Shown: positions 1 through 7,996 of the stretch, piece after piece
Position numbering within the stretch: position 1 is the stretch's first letter
Layout of the letters: the number at the start of each line of letters is the position of its first letter
Origin: Terrimicrobiaceae bacterium
GTDB taxonomy: Bacteria > Verrucomicrobiota > Verrucomicrobiia > Chthoniobacterales > Terrimicrobiaceae
Assembly (NCBI GenBank): GCA_041752695.1
Contig: JBGSVZ010000035.1
Location: 1 to 64,000 of the forward strand
Length of the DNA: 64,000 nt
Direction of reading: 5' to 3'
Program-made: the position numbers and the translations under genes
Notes under the pieces: generated by a model
Told to the model about the DNA's origin: nothing
Seen by the model: the letters and a program-made list of their open reading frames with translations, nothing else
Database searches by the model: none

Positions 1-295
1 CGGTCTTGATCCAGACGCTCAAGGTGTAAACGGTGTCGAGGTCGAGGAGGATCTTTGCCGAGCGGAGCGTCTGCGCTTCCGCCGTGCCTCTCGCCTTGAC
101 GGATCGCTGGCTTGGCTGGGGGCCCGACGAGTCGAGCGAAAAACGAGACCCTGCCGGATCAAGGGTCCACGGAGCAAGATTCGAAGATTCGAAGCCGCCA
201 TTGGGAACGAGGCTCGGGGCGGCCTGCGCGGAGGCTGCGTTCGCAAATCCTGTGAGGAACGCGAAAAGAGTACCGATGAGGGAATGTGTTTTCAC
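1..295 (-). CDS. Secreted protein with N-terminal carbohydrate-binding-like domain (5' part only; runs off the window edge)
   Basis: Not in the ORF track. Manual translation from GTG at 295 gives MKTHSLIGTLFAFLTGFANAASAQAAPSLVPNGGFESSNLAPW...YTLSVWIKT, i.e. a signal peptide followed by 'NGGFE' and 'YTLSVWIK' motifs typical of CBM4/9-like domains. Open to position 1. Confidence 0.75.
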   Translation of the reverse strand, partial: MKTHSLIGTLFAFLTGFANAASAQAAPSLVPNGGFESSNLAPWTLDPAGSRFSLDSSGPQPSQRSVKARGTAEAQTLRSAKILLDLDTVYTLSVWIKT

Positions 296-391
296 AAAGC
301 AATTGGGATCTTTATCGCCTTACGGAGACTTTGAACAAAAATTTGGGGTCTCTCCGCCATGCGCAAGGCGGCATACCCCTTCCTTTAATAT

Positions 392-431
392 AGAGAAATA
401 CCACCGGGATTTGTGACATTCCCGGCGGCAT
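392..431 (-). terminator. Possible intrinsic terminator after the PEP-CTERM gene
   Basis: On the minus strand ATGCCGCCGGGA-loop-TCCCGGTGGTAT forms a 12-bp stem (with G-U pairs) followed by TTCTCT, about 25 nt after the stop codon. Confidence 0.45.
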
Positions 432-455
432 TCCAGCCCGTTAATAAAAGGGCTT

Positions 456-1364
456 TTAAGCGATACGACGGCGGCGCAGTCCTACAACAGCGGCCATTCC
501 AATGCCCAGCAACGCCCATGTCGAGGGCTCGGGGACGGCGGTGTAAGCAACGCCAGAAACAGTAGTCCCCACATCGAAGGTGTTGAGCACAACTCCAGCG
601 GTCGTAAATCTCGTGACGGTTCCAGAGTTGTAATCAACTGCGATCAAGTTTGTCCCGTCATTGGTAATGTCGTAAGCGTTGGAGCCAATGCCAAAGTCGT
701 AGATCAGCACATCAGCCTGACTGCGGATTTGGCCATTGTTGAGCCCGTAGTAGATCATACCGCCCAGAGTGGTTGACGTCTGTGAACTACCAGTGATGCT
801 CGCTAAATTTGCCTCATACGCCATCGTCGTTGGATTAAACTCCTGCGCTATGCTGATTCCAATGGTTCCGATCACCTTGCTTGAGGTGGGATTATAATCG
901 GCATCGGTGTAGGTTCCAAAACCGAGAGGGCCTGCTACAATGGCACCAGTGGTGCTGTCGATCTTGCCAATGGTGGGTGTGGCTAGATTGTTAGCACTGA
1001 TGCCTGCGAAAAGAATTTCCCCGGGGTTGTTGAGGTTAAAACCAAGACCGAGTGGGGTGAAGTCCGCGTGGTTAACCAAAAGACCGCCGGTGTTGGCTGC
1101 TAAGTTGTATTTGAAGATTCCGTTGCCATTACCTCCACCGGCATTGGCCAGATAAACGTTCCCAGAAGCATCCACCGTCAAGCGTTGGGTGTTTCCGAAA
1201 CCAGTGGCGTAGGTTGTAAGAAGAGTGCCGGAGTAGTCGAAAAGACCAAGTTGGAAGTTATTGCTCGCTCCGTCAGGATTATAGGCAATGAGGACGTTCG
1301 CTTGAGCGGAGCCGATGGCAAGCGCCGTTGCGAACACAGCGGAGAGGACGATATTGGTTTTCAT
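456..1364 (-). CDS. PEP-CTERM sorting domain surface protein (possible beta-propeller-like body)
   Basis: Signal peptide (…GSAQA) and a C-terminal VPEPSTWALLGIGMAAVVGLRRRR (PEP motif, TM helix, basic tail). NHL-like segments such as LTVDASGNVYLAN. Confidence 0.93.
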   Translation of the reverse strand: MKTNIVLSAVFATALAIGSAQANVLIAYNPDGASNNFQLGLFDYSGTLLTTYATGFGNTQRLTVDASGNVYLANAGGGNGNGIFKYNLAANTGGLLVNHADFTPLGLGFNLNNPGEILFAGISANNLATPTIGKIDSTTGAIVAGPLGFGTYTDADYNPTSSKVIGTIGISIAQEFNPTTMAYEANLASITGSSQTSTTLGGMIYYGLNNGQIRSQADVLIYDFGIGSNAYDITNDGTNLIAVDYNSGTVTRFTTAGVVLNTFDVGTTVSGVAYTAVPEPSTWALLGIGMAAVVGLRRRRIA

Positions 1365-1427
1365 AGGGGTTGGGTAGGGGTTGATTTTGTGTCTGTCGTA
1401 GAAACGGTGCGCGCTTTCTATTTGAGT

Positions 1428-1490
1428 AGACTACCATCGAACTCTCGACTGAAAATAGACCTTGTGACAAAAAAGTTACACTTTCTGACA
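1428..1490 (-). promoter_or_regulatory. Putative AraC-type tandem site (TGACA-N16-TGACA) plus -10-like element for the PEP-CTERM gene
   Basis: TGACA at 1465 and 1486 (21-bp period). TGgTAGTCT on the minus strand lies 31 nt downstream of the proximal repeat. An AraC gene is divergently adjacent. Confidence 0.5.
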
Positions 1491-1598
1491 AACGTTGATT
1501 CGGCGGGAATGGATCGAGACTGGCATTCGTTCAAAAGGAGAGCTATCGTAAACTGATACCTCGCCCCCGTCAGCTCCTCACTTTGCAAGCATCCTCTC

Positions 1599-2549
1599 AT
1601 GCCCCACACCGACAATTTCTCCCGATATTTTCCCCCGTCAAAAGACTTTGCCGATTGTGGCTGCCAGGTGGTGAGCTTCGGATACGAGCAAGTAGGCAAG
1701 TGGGGGGATTATCCACTGCCCGGACATCCAGAAGATCACTACTTTTGTTTTTCGCGCGGAAGAATTCTTGCGACCTACGTGATCGAAGTGCTCACCGCTG
1801 GAGAAGGGCGCTTTCAGGCCGAAGGAGCTGAAATGGTGAACGTGCAGGCTGGGGATGCCTTTCTGCTCTTTCCCGGGATCCGGCACCGTTACCGCCGCAA
1901 GGCCGAAACGGGCTGGAACAAATGGTGGATCGAACTCAGCGGGCCGGTGACCGAGGACTGGATGCGCATTGCAAACTTTACGCCCGCCCGCCCGGTCTTG
2001 CGGCAGGTTGCCAGCCCTGTGTTGCTGGAAACTTTCCAAGAGCTCGCGGTGGTCACGCGAGAAGACCGACCGATCCAGCCCTTGCTGACCTCGGCGGTAG
2101 CGCTGGAAATCATTGCGCGAACCCGCGGAGCCATCGAAAGAAACGACACGGAGATCGACCGGACGATGGGCATGGTGCGCACCGCCCGGCAACTCATCCG
2201 CGAGCAAACCGCAAATGCCCGCATCGCATGGGAAGATCTCGCCGCGAAGCTGGGCGTAAGCTATTCATCCCTCCGCCAAGTTTTCTCTCGCATGGTCGGG
2301 CTGAGCCCTGGCCAATACCACCTTTTCCTGCGCCAGCGCCAAGCCGTCTCGCTGCTGCGGAATTCGGATCTCTCCATCACGGAAATCTCGGACCGCCTTG
2401 GCTTCGACACGATCTATTATTTCTCTCGCTTCATCAAACAGCGCACCGGCCTTTCCCCCCGCGAGCTACGCTCGGGCGAAAAAGTAGCATTCCCCCTCCG
2501 CGAAAGACGAGTCCCGCAGATCCCCTCGACTCCCGAGGGTAACGAATAG
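1599..2549 (+). CDS. AraC family transcriptional regulator
   Basis: N-terminal cupin-type ligand domain (GDAFLLFPGIRHRY) and C-terminal double HTH (SITEISDRLGFDTIYYFSRFIKQRTGLSPRELR). Confidence 0.95.
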   Translation: MPHTDNFSRYFPPSKDFADCGCQVVSFGYEQVGKWGDYPLPGHPEDHYFCFSRGRILATYVIEVLTAGEGRFQAEGAEMVNVQAGDAFLLFPGIRHRYRRKAETGWNKWWIELSGPVTEDWMRIANFTPARPVLRQVASPVLLETFQELAVVTREDRPIQPLLTSAVALEIIARTRGAIERNDTEIDRTMGMVRTARQLIREQTANARIAWEDLAAKLGVSYSSLRQVFSRMVGLSPGQYHLFLRQRQAVSLLRNSDLSITEISDRLGFDTIYYFSRFIKQRTGLSPRELRSGEKVAFPLRERRVPQIPSTPEGNE

Positions 2550-2704
2550 TGCCTCCCCGGATGGCGGCGGCACCGGTGCTGCCCGGGAAAATTTTTCAAA
2601 CTCCTCCGTCGAGGCGAAGAGTATGTTCAGTCTCCCGCCGCAGGCGCGGCAGAAACCCGCGTCGTCTCTTCCCACAGTCCCCCGTGGAAATGGTGTCCGC
2701 CACG

Positions 2705-2815
2705 CTACGGGAACGTGGTGCAGATCAGGCCTTTGGCACCGTCGAAGCCCAGGCTGGAGGCGATGGACTTGACGGAATCGTTCGTCTCGCTGAGGCGCCG
2801 AATCTCCTCACCGAG
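2705..2815 (-). pseudogene. Isolated fragment resembling an AraC C-terminal HTH
   Basis: Manual translation LGEEIRRLSETNDSVKSIASSLGFDGAKGL, bounded by stop codons and without a start, resembles the AraC 'LL.ETD.SV..IA..LGF' motif. Confidence 0.45.
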
Positions 2816-3169
2816 TCAGGCGTGCATGTGGCAAAGTGCGGGGTTTTTGCCAAAGCGCTACCGTCACCTGATAAAAACTCATACCGGGACGCACCCGGTA
2901 TTCCATCTTTTTGGCGACAGGACGAAAGCAGACCAAATCGTGTGCTTTTGCTTCGATAGGGCCATCGAATGTGAGGCCAATGGTATGAACGGCTCCTTGT
3001 TGCATCTTGAACGATCAAGGATTATCTCTCGTCGGCGGTCTGTGCACGGCGGCGACCTGCCACTGCCAGGAAGCTGGCTTTCCAGTTTCCTGAAAAATCG
3101 CTCCGGTCTGCTAATGCTTAACTTTTAAAAAGCTCACTTGCTCTATCGGGATAAAGCGTTCGACTTCCT

Positions 3170-3532
3170 TCATCGGAGTAGGAATTCTGTTCCTTTTCCC
3201 ACAAAAAGGGGGATCAACGTCGGATCGGTGTTGCGTGGCTGGATGTCCACTGAATTACCTCCCCGAATCTTTAAGGTGTATTCACTTCCGGCGAATGTTC
3301 GGTTTTCGGTTTTTTCGGGGACCTGAAAAGTCAGGGTTACAATATCTCCGGCCTTCAGATTCGAAATCCCGAGATATTTACCGTCCAGAACGGGCCTGAC
3401 TGGTCACCCGCCCACATTGGCGGTGACACCAGCAGCAGGTACCGTCAGAATTCCCATGATCAATCGATGCCGATTGAACGAGACAAAAGGTGGGCAGATA
3501 TTTCGAAAGCCAAACGAAGGGAACGATTTCAT
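3170..3532 (-). pseudogene. Degraded gene: leader-like N-terminus joined to a C-terminal beta-domain recalled from GH127-like hydrolases
   Basis: MKSFPSFGFRN…GVTANVGG*PVRPVLDGKYLGISNLKAGDIVTLTFQVPKK/(frameshift)TENRTFAGSEYTLKIRGGNSVDIQPR…; one in-frame stop and one frameshift. Confidence 0.5.
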
Positions 3533-3633
3533 AAAAATGCGGTCGCAGTTCTAGCGACCAGGAAGGGGTTGAAGTTAGGTTATTGCACGTCGGATGTCTG
3601 TCCACGGGAAGAGGCTCTGCCCTTTCGAACGAC

Positions 3634-5715
3634 TTATTTTTCCTGGATGGTGGTCGCCGAATCCCTGTCCAGCCCATCCAGTCGGCGATAGCGAAGTGTG
3701 AAGCAATCAAGTTTTTGCAATTCAACCCGCGCTTCGGTCCAAATCCAGGATCCTTTTTCGTCCAGAAATCGAACCGCTTTGGCATTCCCGGCGGGCAGCG
3801 ATATATCCACCATGCGGGCCATTTCCAATCGGGCGGGATCGCAATGATAGAGCTTCAGGAACGGGGCCGTGACCAGCGGGGAATCGAGTTCGACGCGTTT
3901 TTCGATGTCATCCGCATTGTCGATCTGATATCTGAAAGCTTCGGCTTTCATCCCGGACGTGGTGCCATAAACCATCCGCTCCTGATCCTTCAGCCATGCT
4001 TGATAAAAGTGAGGACGAAAGGCGAGTTCCAGCTTCGCGCCTGCCAGTGCTCCGGTCTCATCCAGCAAATCGACCGTGTGTTCCTTGCCATGCAAGCGAT
4101 GCGCGATGACGAGGGAAACGTTTTTTCCATTGTGCTGGAAGCGGACGCGCTTTTTCCAGGAGACGGAATCCTCCGTTCGCCGGATGTCAAAAAATTCCCC
4201 ATAGGGCTTTGCCAGGTCGAGCTTCTCGGGAAATAGCAGGTCGCGACCATCGACAAGGAGCGTGTAGCCACGGCTTTCCGGCGCCTCGGCAGGTACTCCC
4301 AAGGCTGGCGCGAGCGCCTCCCACTTGGAGGGAATCCCGCGATGCGGATCTTCTCCCCAGAAGAGCGCGTTCCCAGTCGCGGATGAGGTGCGTGACTGAT
4401 CCGGTGCGTCGACGGAACCCGTGCCGTCAGACCAGATCTTCGGTGGGGGATTTGCTCCCGTTCGCTCCGCCTCGGTCCGGCTATCGTGGCCGGCGTAGCC
4501 AGCACTCATCAGATGAGGACTCTCCAGCTCATAGGCGATTTCTTGCAGCGGACTCAGGCGATGCTGATGATCCACGACACGGAAGTATTTCGTTTCGGCG
4601 ACTAGGATGTTCCCCATGTTCTGGGTTTCTTCGCCATCGACGGTTAAAAATTTTCCCTCGGGAGTGCGGGAGGTGTCGGCAAAAAGCAACACTTGCGAGG
4701 GTGTTTCCGGCGCAGGCCAGCGGCTCGCATACCACGCGCGAAATTGCTCTCCCGTGACCGGTTTCCAGCCATTCTGCAACAGCTCGTCGGTGAGTTCACC
4801 GAGCACTTGAAACTTGGTTCGCGAGATATGCTCCGGTGCCACGTTGTTGCAAGCGTGGGCGATAGAAAGGTTGGCGAACGGAATGTTGCCTGCGTCTAAG
4901 TTTGCCTCCCATTGGCGGAGCTCGTTCTTCCAAAACCAGATATTGCCGGTGGCGATCCTCGGGACGCTTCCCTGTTGCGCGCAACTCAGGTGAAACGAGT
5001 AATGAAAACTGAAACGATCCCAGCTGGTCCATGGCGAGGGTGTGGTCCAGAGCAGATCAAGCGGCGCGTTTCGCTCGCGCAGCTCGCGGTTGGTGACAGC
5101 GGAATTGCCAGGTTGATCGGGCCGCACCTGCACGTAATACGGGAAGAAAGGTCGGCCCTCCCAGTTGTGGCCGAGATTAATGCTTTCGCCGACCAGCGAA
5201 TCACCTTCGAAAACAGCGTCAAACTTGGTGAGGATTCCCGCCGAAACCTCATTCTTCGTGCGTTCCGGCAATTGCTCGTGGTCCCAGTTAGAACCCTGCA
5301 CGGAGATTTCCGATTCCGGAATGCCGAGGGCCTGCGCCAGCAACGGGCGGGTGTGATACGAGTTCACTCCGATTTGATTGCCAGCGGCAATCCGTGTTTG
5401 GAGAAAATCGATTACCTCGGGCTTCTGCGGGACACTCCCAAGAATAATTACGACCGGGAAAACAGAAGGTTTTCCCAAAAATTTGGACAAAGAACCGTCA
5501 AGCATTTCACACCCGGTTTTGAGTCCACTGAAATTTAAGTCTGTATTTGCCCAATTACCACGCGGAAGCGAATCATCCATCATCGCCAAGAAGACCATGG
5601 AGAAGAATCGCGGCTTTTCCGGCGTGGGTTCTTCGGCATGCGCCGAGGCAATGAAAATCGCACCGGTAAAAATCGCGATGATCCAAACGTGAAACCGGGT
5701 GTCGATGAGTTTCAA
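3634..5715 (-). CDS. Secreted protein of unknown function, tandem paralog 1 of 3
   Basis: 693-aa ORF with signal peptide (…ASAHA). Shares LGHNWEGRPFFPYYVQ, GNIWFWKNE and DHQHRLSP motifs with both neighbours. Confidence 0.9.
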   Translation of the reverse strand: MKLIDTRFHVWIIAIFTGAIFIASAHAEEPTPEKPRFFSMVFLAMMDDSLPRGNWANTDLNFSGLKTGCEMLDGSLSKFLGKPSVFPVVIILGSVPQKPEVIDFLQTRIAAGNQIGVNSYHTRPLLAQALGIPESEISVQGSNWDHEQLPERTKNEVSAGILTKFDAVFEGDSLVGESINLGHNWEGRPFFPYYVQVRPDQPGNSAVTNRELRERNAPLDLLWTTPSPWTSWDRFSFHYSFHLSCAQQGSVPRIATGNIWFWKNELRQWEANLDAGNIPFANLSIAHACNNVAPEHISRTKFQVLGELTDELLQNGWKPVTGEQFRAWYASRWPAPETPSQVLLFADTSRTPEGKFLTVDGEETQNMGNILVAETKYFRVVDHQHRLSPLQEIAYELESPHLMSAGYAGHDSRTEAERTGANPPPKIWSDGTGSVDAPDQSRTSSATGNALFWGEDPHRGIPSKWEALAPALGVPAEAPESRGYTLLVDGRDLLFPEKLDLAKPYGEFFDIRRTEDSVSWKKRVRFQHNGKNVSLVIAHRLHGKEHTVDLLDETGALAGAKLELAFRPHFYQAWLKDQERMVYGTTSGMKAEAFRYQIDNADDIEKRVELDSPLVTAPFLKLYHCDPARLEMARMVDISLPAGNAKAVRFLDEKGSWIWTEARVELQKLDCFTLRYRRLDGLDRDSATTIQEK

Positions 5716-5757
5716 ACTTTTGGCGTTTTTTGCTCAATCCGGCCCGGAAAACTTTCT

Positions 5758-7821
5758 TTAGTCGCTGAGTCCATCCAAGCGGCGATAGCGAAGGGTGAAT
5801 CCGGCGAGAGAGTCCAGTTCGGCACGAGCTTCGGTATAGATCCAAGACCCTTTGGGATCAATGAAACGGACTGCTTTCGCAATCCCAACCGGAAGCGAAA
5901 TATTCACCATGCGGCCCATTTCCAATCGCGTGGGATCGCAATGGTAGAGTTTTAGGAACGGTTCGGTAACTAAAGGTGAATCGAGTTCGATTCTTTTCTC
6001 CACGTCTTCGGCATTGTCAGTTTGATAAGCAAAGGCTTCGCCAGTCATCCCGGAGGCCGTGCCGTAAACCATCCGCTCCTGCTCTTTCAGCCAGCCCGGA
6101 TAGAAATGAGGTCGGAAAGCCAGTTCCAGTTTCGCGCCATCCAACGCTCCTGCTTCGTCCACCAAGTTGACGTGATGCTGTTTGCCTTCGAGGCGATGGG
6201 CAATGACGAGGGACACGTCTTGGCCCTTGTGGTTGAAATTGACTCTCTTTTTCCAGGCCACGGATTCTTCGGTTCGTTCAACGTCAAAAAAGGTGCCGTA
6301 AGGTTTGGTGAAATCGAGGTTCTTGGGGAATTGCACATCCTCGCCATCCACTAGGAGCGTGTAGCAACGGTTCTTTGGAGCCTCTGCGGGAACACCGAGG
6401 GCCGGGGCTTGCGTGGACCATTTCGAGGGAGTTCCCCGGTGCGGATCTTCGCCCCAAAAAAGCGCGTTGCCGGTCTGAGCGGTCACGGGCAACTGATTTC
6501 GTGCACCAACCGAGCCGGTGCCGTCCGTGAAGGTTTTCGCCATGTGATTGGGCTCCTGCCGCTCTTCGTCCGTGCGGAGGTCGGTTCCGGCATAAGATGC
6601 GACATAGAGGTTGGGCGTCTCCAACTCGCAGGCTATCTCCAGGAATGGACTGAGCCGATGTTGATGATCGACGATCCGGAAATACTTCGTTTCCGCGATC
6701 AGGATTTGTCCCATGTCCTGGGTTTCGATGTCGTTGCGATGATGTTCGGCCGTGTGGAATTTGCCATCGGGTTCACGAGCGGTGTCGTTGAAGACAATGA
6801 TCTTCGGAGGCGTCTCCGGTGACGGCCAACGCTGCGCATACCAGCTCTGGAATTGCTCTCCCGTGACTGGAGTCCAGCCGCGCTTAAAAAGCATTTCCGC
6901 AAGCTCTCCGAGCAGGAGATAATTTCCCTTGGGAATGTCCAGACCGATGTCCCCACAATCAGGAGCCACCACGCAGCCTTCGCTGCAGACGGAGAGATGC
7001 GCGTAAGGGATGTTCCCGGCCTTGAAATTTTTTTCCCACTCGACCACTTCGTTTTTCCAGAACCAGATGTTGCCCTGCGAGCCCCGTGCGGGGCGTCCGA
7101 TATTGATGTCACCCAAATGGAACGAGTAGGTGAAACAATACCGGTCATAATCCGACCAAGGCGAACGGGTTAGCCAAAGGAGATCGAGCGGCGCATCTTT
7201 CTCACGCAATTCACGGTTAGCCATGGAGGACATCCACGGCTGATCGGGCCGATATTGCACGTAGTAGGGGAAGAAGGGGCGGCCCTCCCAATTGTGTCCC
7301 AAGTCGATCGTTTCGCCGATGAGCGAGTCGCCTTCAAGAACCGCATCAAACTTAGTTTTGATCCCCGAGCGGACATCGCGCGCCGTGCGTTCGGGAGTTT
7401 CCTCGTCGCCCCACATCGCACCGATCACAGTGATCAGGTCTGGCGCTACGTCGAGAGAGGCTCCAATCGCAGCTCGGTCTTTTTCGAATCGGATGGCGAG
7501 TTCGTTTCCCAATCGGAGGCGCTCCTTGGTGAACGCGACGCGATCGGGCGTGGTCGGGGGGATTTCCAGGATAATCGTCAGCGGAAAAGTCGCCGATTGG
7601 CCAGCGGCTTGGGTGGCCTTTTCATCCAGCATGGCGCAGACCGTTTTCAACCCGTCGAAATTGAGGTCTGCGTTGTTCCAATGATCGCGCGGCGTCGTGT
7701 AATCGCCGTCGCGGACGTAAACAACCATCGAGAAGAAGAGAGGATCGGACGAGTCAGCGGCTTTCATATTTGGTAGGAAGGAGAAAAGCATGAATAGAAG
7801 GAAGGGCCTTAATTGAAACAT
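5758..7821 (-). CDS. Secreted protein of unknown function, tandem paralog 2 of 3
   Basis: 687-aa ORF with signal peptide and the same conserved motifs. Confidence 0.9.
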   Translation of the reverse strand: MFQLRPFLLFMLFSFLPNMKAADSSDPLFFSMVVYVRDGDYTTPRDHWNNADLNFDGLKTVCAMLDEKATQAAGQSATFPLTIILEIPPTTPDRVAFTKERLRLGNELAIRFEKDRAAIGASLDVAPDLITVIGAMWGDEETPERTARDVRSGIKTKFDAVLEGDSLIGETIDLGHNWEGRPFFPYYVQYRPDQPWMSSMANRELREKDAPLDLLWLTRSPWSDYDRYCFTYSFHLGDINIGRPARGSQGNIWFWKNEVVEWEKNFKAGNIPYAHLSVCSEGCVVAPDCGDIGLDIPKGNYLLLGELAEMLFKRGWTPVTGEQFQSWYAQRWPSPETPPKIIVFNDTAREPDGKFHTAEHHRNDIETQDMGQILIAETKYFRIVDHQHRLSPFLEIACELETPNLYVASYAGTDLRTDEERQEPNHMAKTFTDGTGSVGARNQLPVTAQTGNALFWGEDPHRGTPSKWSTQAPALGVPAEAPKNRCYTLLVDGEDVQFPKNLDFTKPYGTFFDVERTEESVAWKKRVNFNHKGQDVSLVIAHRLEGKQHHVNLVDEAGALDGAKLELAFRPHFYPGWLKEQERMVYGTASGMTGEAFAYQTDNAEDVEKRIELDSPLVTEPFLKLYHCDPTRLEMGRMVNISLPVGIAKAVRFIDPKGSWIYTEARAELDSLAGFTLRYRRLDGLSD

Positions 7822-7859
7822 GAGAGGAAGGACTTAATTTCGGCTAAACGTATTCTCGC

Positions 7860-7873
7860 TGCAAACGTTTTCA
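7860..7873. promoter_or_regulatory. LacI-family operator-like site, copy 1 (TGCAAACGTTTTCA)
   Basis: Near-palindrome with central CG matching TGNAANCGNTTNCA, 38 nt upstream of paralog 2. The same 14-mer occurs at three other gene starts. Confidence 0.75.
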
Positions 7874-7996
7874 GATGCTGCTGGCAATTCAGCCTCCGAC
7901 TGGTGGGCGTCCGATGGCACGCTGAGCCCGGTGCCGATGGATTCCCTGAAAGAATTCGTCCTCGGAGTGAGCCCTGCCTCCCGGGTTCGGGAGCGA

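Noticed and set aside
19..416. Track ORFs 19-246 (-) and 33-416 (+)
   Set aside because: A different minus-strand frame starting at 295 gives a convincing secreted protein, so these are overlapping artefacts.
2808..3128. Short ORFs on both strands between araC and the paralog trio
   Set aside because: No motifs or convincing starts, and the region looks decayed.
7978..7993. CTCCCG-GGTT-CGGGAG hairpin after paralog 3 as a terminator
   Set aside because: The stem is short and there is no U-tract on the coding strand.
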